A stretch of DNA of 64,000 nt, from NCBI GenBank assembly GCA_013287965.1, contig JABDCU010000002.1, positions 27,133 to 91,132 of the forward strand, written 5' to 3'. Every line of letters starts with the position of its first letter. The stretch's first letter is position 1. The stretch comes from Candidatus Omnitrophota bacterium (GTDB taxonomy: Bacteria; Omnitrophota; Gorgyraeia; Zapsychrales; Fredricksoniimonadaceae). The notes under the pieces are model-generated. The model ran no database searches. It was not told where the DNA came from and was given only the letters and a program-made list of their open reading frames with translations. Below are positions 8,794 to 18,252 of this stretch, piece after piece. Position numbers and translations under genes: made by a program.

Positions 8794-11367
8794 ATGACAA
8801 CTAATGAGATTAGAACAAAATTCTTAGACTTCTTTAAATCCAAAGGCCATAGCATTATTGCCAGCGATTCGCTGGTGCCCAAGGATGACCCGACGGTGCT
8901 TTTTACGACCGCAGGCATGCAGCAGTTCAAGCCTCAATTTTTGGGGCATATTGACGGGTTTACCCGGGCCGCGACCTGCCAGAAATGCCTGCGCACGGAT
9001 GATCTTGACGTTGTCGGCAAAACCGATTTTCACCACACCTTCTTTGAAATGCTGGGGAATTTTTCTTTCGGGGATTATTTTAAGAAAGAAGCCATTGCCT
9101 GGGGCTGGGAGTTTTTGACGGGGGAATTAAAACTCCCCAAAGAAAAGCTGTGGGTCTCGGTTTATCAGGAGGACGCGGAAGCTTATGGCATCTGGGCCAA
9201 TGAAATTAAGATCCCGGCGGAGCGGATCGTTAAATTAGGGGACAAGAGCAATTTTTGGCCGTCCAATGCGCGGCTCAACGGTCCCAATGGCCCTTGCGGC
9301 CCCTGCTCGGAAATTTTTTATGATTACGGGGTCAATCCTAAATGTCCCAAGGGGAAAGATTGCGATCCTGATTGTTCCTGCGGCCGCTTTTCAGAAGTTT
9401 GGAACTTGGTCTTTACGCAATTTAACAGAAAAGACGGCGGCGTTTTAGAGCCCCTCCCTGCAAAAAATATTGACACAGGCATGGGCCTGGAGCGCCTGGC
9501 TGCCGTGGTGCAGGGGGTGAAGAGTAATTATCAGACAGATATTTTTGCGCCGATCCTTCAGGTGATCAAGTCAAAAATAGAGGACATTTCCGAAACGAAC
9601 GCGCGGATAATTGCTGACCATATGCGGGCTGTTGTTTTTGGCATTGCTGACGGTGTGGTGCCTTCCAACGAAGGCCGCGGGTATGTCATGCGTAAGCTGA
9701 TCGTGGATGTGACAAACATTACTTTTCAGGCGCATGTGGAGAGTCCTTTGGCCCATACCTTGGTGGAGACCGTCATTGATACAATGAAAGGGCCTTACCC
9801 TGAACTCGCGGCTGCACAGAAAGATATCACTGAAGCTGTTAAACGCGTGGAAGAATCTGTTTTTAATCTTATCAAAGAAAAGATACCGGAATTGATCTCA
9901 GAATTTTCTAAACATGAACAGGCGGTGGATTACGAAGCTGCAGCCCAAAATTTGGGAAAGCTGATGTTCTTTTATAAAGACACCCATGGCCTGCCTTCAG
10001 AGCTGATCCATAAAATGATCAAAGATAATCATTCGATCCTGCATAATATGTACGAAGAAGCGGTGAAAGTCGAAAAGCGTTTGATGGAAGAGCAAAAAAA
10101 CCGTTCCCGCGCCGGCAGTAAAATGACCGGTGATGTGTTTACTGATGCCGGTATTAAGCTTGATGTGCCTAAGACGGAATTTTGGGGCTATCAAGAAACC
10201 AAGGCTGAAGCTAAGGTGCTTCAAGTCATTGGCGAGAGTCAAAATATCAAGGTGATCTTGGACCGTACGCCGTTTTATGCTGAGGCCGGCGGACAGGTGG
10301 GGGATAGCGGGTATTTAGTGGCTGCCAACGGCAAGATGCGTGTGACCGGTACACATAAGGTCAATGATATTTATATCCATAGCGGTGCCATTGAGCAAGG
10401 GGGCATTAAGGTTGGGGATAAAGTGCAGGCAGTAATTGATGGGCCTCGCCGTTGGGCGATCATGCGCAATCATACCGCCACGCATTTATTACAGGCAGCG
10501 TTGCGCGAGACCTTAGGCACGCATATCAAACAGCAGGGTTCCCTGGTGGAAGAAGGCCGTTTGCGTTTTGATTTTACGCATCCGATGGGGATCAAGCCGG
10601 AAGAGATGAAAAAAATTGAGAATAGGCTTAATGAGTTTATCGGCAGGGCAGACGCAGTGACAACCGAGGTTTTAGCTCTTGAAGAAGCCAAGAAAAAAGG
10701 CGCCTTGGCATTTTTTGCGGAAAAGTATGGTCAGACGGTCCGGGTGGTTTCTATCGGCGATTATTCCCGGGAATTTTGCGGGGGCACGCATGTTTCCTCA
10801 ACAGGTGAAATTGAGGCCATGAAGATCGTCTCTGAAGGGTCAGTGGCCCAAGGGATACGCCGTGTCGAAGCGCTGACCGGTAATGCTGCTGTCGGGGAAT
10901 TTTTGAAGAAGAAGGCGCAAGAGGCATCAGCCGTTGAGCAAGCACAGCAGATGAAGCAGGAAGAAAAAAATAAACAAAATGTTTATTTTGAAAAACTTAA
11001 GAGTTCCGTGGATGATATGATCAAAGATGGCGAGGATATAAGAGGCGCTAATCTTATAATCCGTTCTTTAGAGAACATTGATATTACGCTTTTGCGTAAA
11101 CTTTCTGATCTATTAAGGCAGAAAGTAAAGTCCGGGGTTTTTATTTTGGCAGCTAAAGGGGTTGATAATGCTTCCATCGTCCTTTCGGTGACAGATGATC
11201 TGGTGGCGCGGGGCATCAAGGCCAATGAATTGATGGTACAAATAACACCTTTAATGGAAGGCAGTGGCGGTGGAAAGCCGCAGTTGGCCCAAGCCGGCAG
11301 TAAGCAGCCGCAAAAACTGGACGGGGCGCTGATCCAAGCCCGTGAGATTGTGAAAGCTAGACTATGA
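8794..11367 (+). CDS. alaS: Alanine--tRNA ligase
   Basis: MTTNEIRTKFLDFF..., FTTAGMQQFKP, class II core, editing-domain HTATHLL, C-terminal DHHA1-like GGGKPQLAQAG. ATG 8794 chosen because the 8731 start lies inside palindrome H1. Confidence 0.97.
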   Translation: MTTNEIRTKFLDFFKSKGHSIIASDSLVPKDDPTVLFTTAGMQQFKPQFLGHIDGFTRAATCQKCLRTDDLDVVGKTDFHHTFFEMLGNFSFGDYFKKEAIAWGWEFLTGELKLPKEKLWVSVYQEDAEAYGIWANEIKIPAERIVKLGDKSNFWPSNARLNGPNGPCGPCSEIFYDYGVNPKCPKGKDCDPDCSCGRFSEVWNLVFTQFNRKDGGVLEPLPAKNIDTGMGLERLAAVVQGVKSNYQTDIFAPILQVIKSKIEDISETNARIIADHMRAVVFGIADGVVPSNEGRGYVMRKLIVDVTNITFQAHVESPLAHTLVETVIDTMKGPYPELAAAQKDITEAVKRVEESVFNLIKEKIPELISEFSKHEQAVDYEAAAQNLGKLMFFYKDTHGLPSELIHKMIKDNHSILHNMYEEAVKVEKRLMEEQKNRSRAGSKMTGDVFTDAGIKLDVPKTEFWGYQETKAEAKVLQVIGESQNIKVILDRTPFYAEAGGQVGDSGYLVAANGKMRVTGTHKVNDIYIHSGAIEQGGIKVGDKVQAVIDGPRRWAIMRNHTATHLLQAALRETLGTHIKQQGSLVEEGRLRFDFTHPMGIKPEEMKKIENRLNEFIGRADAVTTEVLALEEAKKKGALAFFAEKYGQTVRVVSIGDYSREFCGGTHVSSTGEIEAMKIVSEGSVAQGIRRVEALTGNAAVGEFLKKKAQEASAVEQAQQMKQEEKNKQNVYFEKLKSSVDDMIKDGEDIRGANLIIRSLENIDITLLRKLSDLLRQKVKSGVFILAAKGVDNASIVLSVTDDLVARGIKANELMVQITPLMEGSGGGKPQLAQAGSKQPQKLDGALIQAREIVKARL

Positions 11368-12587
11368 AACTCATCAAACAAACAGGCATGAATATTGAGA
11401 AACTTTATAACCGCAGCAGGCTGGCGCGTAAAAAGTATATCGAGGAAAAAGTGCGCACCATCATTGATGATGTGCGTTTAAACGGTGATGATGCCGTGCT
11501 TAAATACACCCGGCGTTTCGACGGGGTCAAATTAACGGCCAGACAACTAAAAGTGGATGAGAGCGAGATTTCCAGCGCTTTTCAGAATATTACGCCTGAA
11601 TTTGTGGGGCATTTAAAAACCATTATCAATAATGTCTCAACCTATTATAAAAAACAGCTTCATAAGCCTTGCAAGATCAAGGCCCGCGATGGGGTTTTGC
11701 TTAAAGAAGAAATTCGGCCTCTGGATTCAGTAGGTATCTACATCCCAGCGGGTACAGCGCCGCTGGTTTCTTCGGTTTACATGACAGCAGTGCCGGCCAT
11801 CATTGCCGGTGTCAAACGTGTCGTCATTGTGACACCGCCTAATAAAGAAGGTAATGTTAACCCTTATATCCTGGCGGTGGCGAACCTTTTAAAGGTCAGT
11901 GAGATTTATAAAGTAGGCGGGGCGCAGGCCATTGCGGCCTTGGCCTTGGGCACTAAAACCATCCCTAAAGTGGACAAGATCGTAGGCCCGGGCAATATGT
12001 ACGTTACTGAAGCCAAGCGCCAATTATTCGGTTATGTGGACATTGATATGTTGGCCGGGCCCACGGAACTGGTGGTCATTGCCAACCGTTACAGCAATAC
12101 GGATTATGTGGTGGCGGATTTGGAAGCTCAAATGGAACATGTGGGCGGTTTGTCGATTCTTTTAAGCACTTCCAAGCAATTGATCAAGAACGTGCGCATG
12201 CGCGTGGCCAATGGTTATTGCATTTATTGCAAGAACATGGATGAAGCGGTGGAGATCGCCAACAGAATAGCACCTGAGCATTTGCAGATACTGACTAACA
12301 ACGCGGTCAGCATTGCCAAACAGATCAGGCATGCAGGAGCGATCTTTTTAGGACCATATAGTCCGACAGCGTTGGGTGATTATGCGGCAGGCCCGAGCCA
12401 CGTGCTGCCGACCATGGGCACGGCGCGTTTTTTCTCGGGGCTGTCGTTGTCGAGTTTTACCAAGACCAATCATGTGATTGCGTATAGCAAGAAAGCGCTG
12501 GAAAAGGTCCGCGAGCCGCTGGAGAAGGTGGCTAATTTGGAAGGCATGGCCAAGCACGCGGAATCGGTGAATATTAGATTCAAATAA
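11364..12587 (+). CDS. hisD: Histidinol dehydrogenase
   Basis: HisD-length ORF with PEHL and GDYxAGPSHVLPT motifs. ATGA overlap with the alaS stop. Confidence 0.93.
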   Translation: MKLIKQTGMNIEKLYNRSRLARKKYIEEKVRTIIDDVRLNGDDAVLKYTRRFDGVKLTARQLKVDESEISSAFQNITPEFVGHLKTIINNVSTYYKKQLHKPCKIKARDGVLLKEEIRPLDSVGIYIPAGTAPLVSSVYMTAVPAIIAGVKRVVIVTPPNKEGNVNPYILAVANLLKVSEIYKVGGAQAIAALALGTKTIPKVDKIVGPGNMYVTEAKRQLFGYVDIDMLAGPTELVVIANRYSNTDYVVADLEAQMEHVGGLSILLSTSKQLIKNVRMRVANGYCIYCKNMDEAVEIANRIAPEHLQILTNNAVSIAKQIRHAGAIFLGPYSPTALGDYAAGPSHVLPTMGTARFFSGLSLSSFTKTNHVIAYSKKALEKVREPLEKVANLEGMAKHAESVNIRFK

Positions 12588-12595
12588 GCATGGAC

Positions 12596-12777
12596 GGCTG
12601 GCTTGGCTATACTATTCCCGAAACGGGATATTTTTGCCGGTCTGCTCGGTTTACGTCAAAAATTTTCTAAAGATTCTCTTCATTTGGAAAATTTTTGACG
12701 TAACTCCTCGCAGACGTGGAAAAACCTCTCGGCAAAAAATCCCTGAATGTTTCGGGAATAGTATAGCCAAGCCAGCC
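12596..12777. repeat. Long rod-like imperfect palindrome (element H2) in hisD-hisB gap
   Basis: 29-bp perfect outer arms GGCTGGCTTGGCTATACTATTCCCGAAAC / GTTTCGGGAATAGTATAGCCAAGCCAGCC. Inner pairs GTCTGC/GCAGAC and ACGTCAAAAATTTTC/GAAAATTTTTGACGT (perfect over 15 bp). Confidence 0.9.
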
Positions 12778-12801
12778 TGCACAGATTTGAAAGGATAAAT
12801 T

Positions 12802-13470
12802 ATGCAACGTAAAGCTCCGATTCAACGTAAGTCAAAAGAAACACAAATTGAGGGTTCCATTAATGTTGATGGAGCTGGTATAACAAAGATCAAAACTCCA
12901 ATAGGTTTTTTGAATCATATGTTGGACTTATTTGCTTTTCATGGCTATTTTGATCTGGATTTGTCTGTCACAGGTGATACCCATATTGATATACATCATA
13001 CCAATGAAGATATTGGTATAGCTTTGGGCAATGCATTTAAAGAGGCTCTTGGCAAAGAAAAATCTGGCATCAAACGTTTTGGCTATGCCTATGCACCAAT
13101 GGAGTCTACTGTTGGCTTTTGTGTCATTGATATTTCTGGACGCGGATATTTTTCTATCAATACTTCTGGATTAAAAACTGCAGCAACAGAGGGTGCTGAT
13201 AAATTGTATCCTACTATGACACAGTCAATAGATCTTCTTAAAAAACAAACTCAAGAAGGATATACCTTCTCTTATTTCGAGCACTTTATGGAGAGTTTTG
13301 CTCATAAATTGGGCGCGACATTAAGTTTTACAATTCAAAATCCAAGTGATGATTTGCACACAAACCTGGAGACAATGTTCAAATCTTTAGGTTTAGCTTT
13401 AGATCAAGCAACTACTATTGATCCGCGTCGCGAAGGTCAAGTTCCTTCGACAAAAGGGATTATTGATTAA
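12802..13470 (+). CDS. hisB: Imidazoleglycerol-phosphate dehydratase (divergent, with internal insertion)
   Basis: RKSKETQIEGSINVDG, GFLNHMLD, DIHHTNEDIGIALG and PSTKG motifs. About 20 extra residues after DISGRG, and DLHT where DHH- is expected. Confidence 0.85.
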   Translation: MQRKAPIQRKSKETQIEGSINVDGAGITKIKTPIGFLNHMLDLFAFHGYFDLDLSVTGDTHIDIHHTNEDIGIALGNAFKEALGKEKSGIKRFGYAYAPMESTVGFCVIDISGRGYFSINTSGLKTAATEGADKLYPTMTQSIDLLKKQTQEGYTFSYFEHFMESFAHKLGATLSFTIQNPSDDLHTNLETMFKSLGLALDQATTIDPRREGQVPSTKGIID

Positions 13471-13476
13471 TTGTGG

Positions 13477-13621
13477 CAGCGGGTGGCTCGGAATTGATGT
13501 TAAGGAGCGGACGACAACTGCTCAAGTCATCTGTTAAAGGAAACCACCTTTCTGGCCGCTGATAGGGTCACAATTCGCCAAGAGGAGCACCTTAACATCA
13601 AGGCCGAGACAGGACCCGCTG
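13477..13621. repeat. Long imperfect palindrome (element H3) in hisB-hisH gap
   Basis: CAGCGGGT/ACCCGCTG (8/8), CTCGG/CCGAG, TTGATGTTAAGG/CCTTAACATCAA (12/12). Confidence 0.8.
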
Positions 13622-13629
13622 AAGGAAAT

Positions 13630-14232
13630 ATGATCGCTATTATTGATTACGGCATGGGGAATTTGAGGAGCGTGCACAAGGCCTTTGAAGCTGTCGGTGC
13701 CAAAGCACAGGTGACCCATATTATCAGCGACATTTTAAAAGCAGATAAGGTGGTCTTGCCCGGCGTCGGCGCCATGATCCCCGCCATGCAGAAACTGCAG
13801 GAATTGGCTTTGACCGGGCCCATCCGCAAGGTCATCCAGGACGGCAAACCTTTTTTAGGCATTTGCTTAGGGATGCAATTATTATTCGAAAGAAGCTCTG
13901 AAGGCGGTTTTTCTGAAGGGTTAAGGATTTTACAGGGCGCTGTGGAGCGTTTCACTGAGCTGAAAGTCCCGCACATGGGCTGGAACCAGATCAAAATCCA
14001 GCCGGCAGGCAATCAAATATTTCAAGGCCTTTCATCCGAAGAGAACATGTACTTTTGCCATTCTTATTTTGTAAAACCTAAGGACGCTTCCATCACCGCC
14101 GGCATCACTAATTACGGGATTGATTTTGTCTCCGCGGTTGTGCGTGACAATGTTTGGGGCGTGCAATTTCACCCGGAAAAAAGCCAAAAGGCGGGCCTGC
14201 AGATCTTAAAGAATTTTTCGGAGTTAAAATGA
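13630..14232 (+). CDS. hisH: Imidazole glycerol phosphate synthase, glutamine amidotransferase subunit
   Basis: IAIIDYGMGNLRSV, GICLGMQLL (catalytic Cys), FHPEKS. Confidence 0.95.
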   Translation: MIAIIDYGMGNLRSVHKAFEAVGAKAQVTHIISDILKADKVVLPGVGAMIPAMQKLQELALTGPIRKVIQDGKPFLGICLGMQLLFERSSEGGFSEGLRILQGAVERFTELKVPHMGWNQIKIQPAGNQIFQGLSSEENMYFCHSYFVKPKDASITAGITNYGIDFVSAVVRDNVWGVQFHPEKSQKAGLQILKNFSELK

Positions 14233-15014
14233 GTACGGATTTAATTATATTTCCAGCCATAGATATTATGGGCGGCAAAGTCGTCCGTTTAAAACAGGGC
14301 CAGTTTGACCAGAGAACGGATTATTCTGAAGACCCTTTGGCCGTGGCCATGCACTGGAAGTCTCAAGGCGCACAATGGCTTCATCTTGTTGACTTAGACG
14401 GCGCCAAAACAGGGGAGATGCAGAATATTGGCCTTATTAAAAGAATAGCAAAAGACGTAAACATTCCAGTTCAGGTTGGCGGCGGCGTGCGCAGCATAGA
14501 CCGGATAAAAGAACTTATTGATGCCGGGGTCAGGAGGGTGGTTTTAGGGACAAAAGCCATCAGCGAGCAGAATTTGATGAAAGAACCTTTTAAAAATTAT
14601 TTAGACCACATCGCTGTCAGTGTGGACTGTTCTCAAGGACTGGTCACGCAAAGAGGCTGGGTGGAAACCACTAAAATAAAGGGCACGGATTTTGCCAATG
14701 AAATGGAAGCGCAGGGCATCAAATGCCTTATCTATACGGATATTCATCGGGATGGAATGCTTCAAGGCCCTAATATCCCAAGCATCCGGGAGATATTAAA
14801 GACGGTCAATATTGATGTTATCGCCTCGGGCGGCATTTCAGGTACGCACGATATTATTGAGTTGTGCCTCTTGAAAGAACAGCATCCCAATTTGTTGGGA
14901 GCCATCACAGGCAAGGCCATTTATGAGCTTCAATATTTTGATGTCAAAGCAGCTTTAGAAACAGTGAAGAATTATAAGATCCTCAAAGACAAAGATATTA
15001 AGGATGCTCAATAA
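14229..15014 (+). CDS. hisA: ProFAR isomerase (1-(5-phosphoribosyl)-5-[(5-phosphoribosylamino)methylideneamino]imidazole-4-carboxamide isomerase)
   Basis: [32 protein letters not shown] overlap with the hisH stop; the ORF-track start at 14154 is rejected. Confidence 0.92.
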   Translation: MSTDLIIFPAIDIMGGKVVRLKQGQFDQRTDYSEDPLAVAMHWKSQGAQWLHLVDLDGAKTGEMQNIGLIKRIAKDVNIPVQVGGGVRSIDRIKELIDAGVRRVVLGTKAISEQNLMKEPFKNYLDHIAVSVDCSQGLVTQRGWVETTKIKGTDFANEMEAQGIKCLIYTDIHRDGMLQGPNIPSIREILKTVNIDVIASGGISGTHDIIELCLLKEQHPNLLGAITGKAIYELQYFDVKAALETVKNYKILKDKDIKDAQ

Positions 15015-15756
15015 ACGTATCATCCCATGTTTGGACGTCAAGGACGGGCGGGTGGTCAAGGGGGTCAATTTTGTTGACCTTCAAGACGCCGGCGATCCGG
15101 TGGATTGTGCGCGTGCCTATGACCAGGCCGGTGCCGATGAATTGGTTTTTTTGGACATCACGGCCAGCCACGAAAAACGCAAGATCTTTTTGGATGTGGT
15201 GCAAAGATGCGCGGAATGCGTATTCATGCCGTTGACCGTCGGCGGTGGTATCAGTAATGTCAATGATATCCGCGATTTGCTTAATGCGGGCGCGGACAAG
15301 GTTTCCATGAACACGTCCGCGGTCAATGAGCCGGGGTTGGTCCGCCAGGCCGCCAACAGGTTTGGCTCCCAATGCATTGTCGTTGCCATTGATGCCAAAC
15401 GCGTCGGCGATCATTGGGAAGTTTTTACGCATGGCGGGCGCACGGCCACGGGCAAGGATGCGATTGGTTGGGCCAAGGAAGCCCAAGCTAAAGGGGCCGG
15501 AGAAATTCTATTGACCAGTATGGATGCGGACGGCACTAAAAACGGTTTTGATTTGGATCTGACAAAGGCCGTGACAGCGGCGGTCAGTATTCCGGTGATC
15601 GCCTCCGGCGGAGCAGGGACCCTGGAGCATTTTTATCAGGTTTTTGCCGAAGCCGGTGCGGACGCGGCATTGGCAGCGTCGGTGTTCCATTACGGTGAGA
15701 TCCCGGTCCCTGAAGTTAAGAAGTTTTTAAAACAAAAGAAAGTGAATGTGCGATGA
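15004..15756 (+). CDS. hisF: Imidazole glycerol phosphate synthase, cyclase subunit
   Basis: [30 protein letters not shown] motifs. Confidence 0.96.
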   Translation: MLNKRIIPCLDVKDGRVVKGVNFVDLQDAGDPVDCARAYDQAGADELVFLDITASHEKRKIFLDVVQRCAECVFMPLTVGGGISNVNDIRDLLNAGADKVSMNTSAVNEPGLVRQAANRFGSQCIVVAIDAKRVGDHWEVFTHGGRTATGKDAIGWAKEAQAKGAGEILLTSMDADGTKNGFDLDLTKAVTAAVSIPVIASGGAGTLEHFYQVFAEAGADAALAASVFHYGEIPVPEVKKFLKQKKVNVR

Positions 15757-16112
15757 GTGCTAATCCCGAAGTAGAGACGATCCAGATAACCCGTGACAAT
15801 CTTGATAAGCTGAAATTCAATAGCGAAGGTCTGATCCCTGCCATTGCCCAAGACTATAAGAACAACGAGGTCTTGATGATGGCCTGGATGAATATTGATT
15901 CCCTGCGTGATACTTTAAAAAGCGGCAAGGCCTCTTATTGGTCGCGCTCACGCAAGGCTTATTGGGTCAAGGGCGAGACTTCAGGCCACTTTCAACACGT
16001 GAAAGAAATTTATTATGACTGTGACTGCGATGTGCTTTTGATGAAGGTGGACCAAATAGGTGCTGCCTGTCATACCAATCAGCGCAGCTGTTTTTACAGG
16101 AAGATTAAGTAA
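15753..16112 (+). CDS. hisI: Phosphoribosyl-AMP cyclohydrolase (HisI domain only)
   Basis: [19 protein letters not shown]...CH zinc motif. 119 aa, so no HisE part. ATGA overlap with hisF. Confidence 0.9.
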   Translation: MSANPEVETIQITRDNLDKLKFNSEGLIPAIAQDYKNNEVLMMAWMNIDSLRDTLKSGKASYWSRSRKAYWVKGETSGHFQHVKEIYYDCDCDVLLMKVDQIGAACHTNQRSCFYRKIK

Positions 16113-16113
16113 T

Positions 16114-16139
16114 GGATTCCCGCTTTCGCGGGAATGACA
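16114..16139. repeat. 27-bp-family palindromic repeat, intergenic copy (reverse orientation)
   Basis: GGATTCCCGCTTTCGCGGGAATGACA between hisI and trpE. Same unit as 24001, 24489 and 36868. Confidence 0.9.
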
Positions 16140-16143
16140 AAAT

Positions 16144-17628
16144 ATGCTTATTGAAGAATTTTTAAAATTGAGCGCTAAGGGCAATTTGGTCCCTGTTTAC
16201 AGAGAATTGTCCGGGGACATGGAAACGCCGGTGTCAGCGTATTACAAGTTAGCCGCCCGCCGCGCTTATTCTTTTTTATTAGAATCCGTCGAGGGCGAAG
16301 AAAAAATTGCCCGGTTCTCCTTTATTGCCCGTGACCCTGAGCTGGTTTTTACAAGTAAAGGCCATGAGGCCCGGGTCCTGCGTTTTGTGAAAGGTAAACA
16401 TAAACCAAAAAAGATCTCTTTCAGCGGCTCTCCTTTGTCCGTGGTGCGTGAATTGATGAAAGATTACCAAGCCGTGGAGGTCAAAGGTCTGCCGCGTTTT
16501 TATGGCGGCATGGTGGGGTATTTAAGTTATGATTGTGTGCGTTTTTTTGAACGTTTGCCTGATAAAACTACGGATGATCTGAAATTACCTGATGTTTGTT
16601 TGGCCCTGGCCAAGAATTTAGTGGTTTTTGACCATCGTCATCATACGATCAAGGTGGTCTCTTGTGTGCATATCGCCAAAAAAGACAGCAGGGACGCGAA
16701 AATTAAAAAATATAAGGCCGCCCAAAGGGCCATTGATGCCCTGGTCGCTGATCTGCAAAAGCCTTTACCAAAGCCTGTCTCTAAAAAGACTTCAAAAAAG
16801 ATATCAGTTGCTTCCAATTGCACCAAGGCCCAATTTGAGAAAATGGTCATCAAGGCCAAGGCGCATATTAAAGCCGGGGATATTTTTCAGGTCGTCCTGT
16901 CCCAGCGTTTTAAGGCGGATATCAGCGTCGATGCTTTTGAGATCTACCGTTCTTTGCGTGTACTCAATCCGTCACCGTACATGTTTTACCTGAATTTTGA
17001 CGGTTTGCAGCTGGTGGGCGCATCTCCGGAGCTTTTGGTGCGCTGTGAGAACGGTTTGGTTGAGACCCGGCCTATTGCCGGCACACGTGGGCGCGGGAAA
17101 AATGAAGCAGAGGATGCGGCACTGGTAAAAAGCCTTTTGGCTGACCCGAAAGAAAAGGCTGAGCATATCATGTTGGTGGATTTAGGCCGTAATGATCTTG
17201 GCCGCGTCTGTGTTAAAGGAACAGTACGGCTTTCAGAATTCATGGGAGTTGAAAAATATTCCCATGTGATGCATATTGTCAGTAATGTGCAAGGAAAACT
17301 CTCCCAAGACAGGGACCCTTTGGATGTTTTAGAAGCAGCGTTTCCCGCTGGAACGGTGTCAGGAGCTCCCAAGATCAGGGCCATGGAGATCATTGAAGGT
17401 CTGGAAGCCCAAAAACGGGGCCCTTACGCGGGGGCCGTCGGTTACTTTAGTTTTTCGAAAAACCTTGATACTTGCATAACTATACGTACAATAGTGGTTC
17501 ACAAAGCCAAGGCTTATGTCCAGGCTGGGGCAGGGATAGTAGCTGATTCCAATCCTGCCGCGGAGTACATAGAAACGATGAATAAAGCCAAAGCGCAAAT
17601 AAGGGCTATAGAATTAGCACATGCGTGA
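16144..17628 (+). CDS. trpE: Anthranilate synthase component I
   Basis: Chorismate-binding C-terminal domain (GTVSGAPK, PYAGAVGYF). N-terminal LLES-X10-S Trp-feedback motif (LLESVEGEEKIARFS) favours TrpE over PabB. Confidence 0.85.
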   Translation: MLIEEFLKLSAKGNLVPVYRELSGDMETPVSAYYKLAARRAYSFLLESVEGEEKIARFSFIARDPELVFTSKGHEARVLRFVKGKHKPKKISFSGSPLSVVRELMKDYQAVEVKGLPRFYGGMVGYLSYDCVRFFERLPDKTTDDLKLPDVCLALAKNLVVFDHRHHTIKVVSCVHIAKKDSRDAKIKKYKAAQRAIDALVADLQKPLPKPVSKKTSKKISVASNCTKAQFEKMVIKAKAHIKAGDIFQVVLSQRFKADISVDAFEIYRSLRVLNPSPYMFYLNFDGLQLVGASPELLVRCENGLVETRPIAGTRGRGKNEAEDAALVKSLLADPKEKAEHIMLVDLGRNDLGRVCVKGTVRLSEFMGVEKYSHVMHIVSNVQGKLSQDRDPLDVLEAAFPAGTVSGAPKIRAMEIIEGLEAQKRGPYAGAVGYFSFSKNLDTCITIRTIVVHKAKAYVQAGAGIVADSNPAAEYIETMNKAKAQIRAIELAHA

Positions 17629-17703
17629 AGTGACGTCCAACGAAATGTTGGACGTCATCCTGAGCCAACTGGCGAAGGATCTATAAACAAGAAAGGGAAA
17701 CTC

Positions 17704-17943
17704 ATGGAAGTTCGCATTAGGTTACAAAAAGCAGGTAAATCATCCAATAAGGCCTACAATTACCGCGTTGTTGCGATGAGCGGCAAAGAAGGCCGTGACG
17801 GCCGCACTTTGGATATCTTGGGTTATTATGATCCTGCCAAGAAATCCTACTTTTCGCTCAAAAAAGAAAAGATCACGGCATGGGTTGCCAAAGGTGCTCA
17901 GATGAGCGATACCGTCCGGTCTTTGATGAAAAAAGCAAAGTAA
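17704..17943 (+). CDS. rpsP: 30S ribosomal protein S16
   Basis: MEVRIRLQKAGKSSNKAYNYRVVA...GYYDP, typical bS16. Confidence 0.95.
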   Translation: MEVRIRLQKAGKSSNKAYNYRVVAMSGKEGRDGRTLDILGYYDPAKKSYFSLKKEKITAWVAKGAQMSDTVRSLMKKAK

Positions 17944-17955
17944 GAAAGGATATTC

Positions 17956-18252
17956 ATGCCTCAACAGTCAGGATTAACACAGATTCTGTTCATGTATCTT
18001 CCCATCATCGCGATCTTTTATTTTTTGATCATCCGTCCGCAACGCCAGCAGCAGAAGAAAACCAAGGAGATGCTGGATAAGCTTAAAAAGAATGATGAGG
18101 TCATCACCACTTCCGGTATCCACGGGACAGTGGCCATCGTCAAAGAAAAAACCGTGGTAGTGCGTGTGGATGAAGGGTGCCGCATTGAATTTGACCGCGA
18201 ATCCATTGCTTCAGTGACAAGCGGTGAAGTCAAACCTGAGGTCGTTAAATGA
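17956..18252 (+). CDS. yajC: Preprotein translocase subunit YajC
   Basis: One N-terminal TM segment, then RPQRQQQKK...GIHGTV, a YajC-type sequence. Directly upstream of secDF. Confidence 0.88.
   Translation: MPQQSGLTQILFMYLPIIAIFYFLIIRPQRQQQKKTKEMLDKLKKNDEVITTSGIHGTVAIVKEKTVVVRVDEGCRIEFDRESIASVTSGEVKPEVVK

Noticed and set aside
17631-17690. Hairpin TGACGTCCAAC-GAAAT-GTTGGACGTCA after trpE, followed by CATCCTGAGC...GAAGGATC, as a terminator
   Set aside because: The stem is good (11 bp) but there is no U-tract. It may be a processing or REP-like element instead, and a single copy is not enough evidence to call a terminator or a repeat family.
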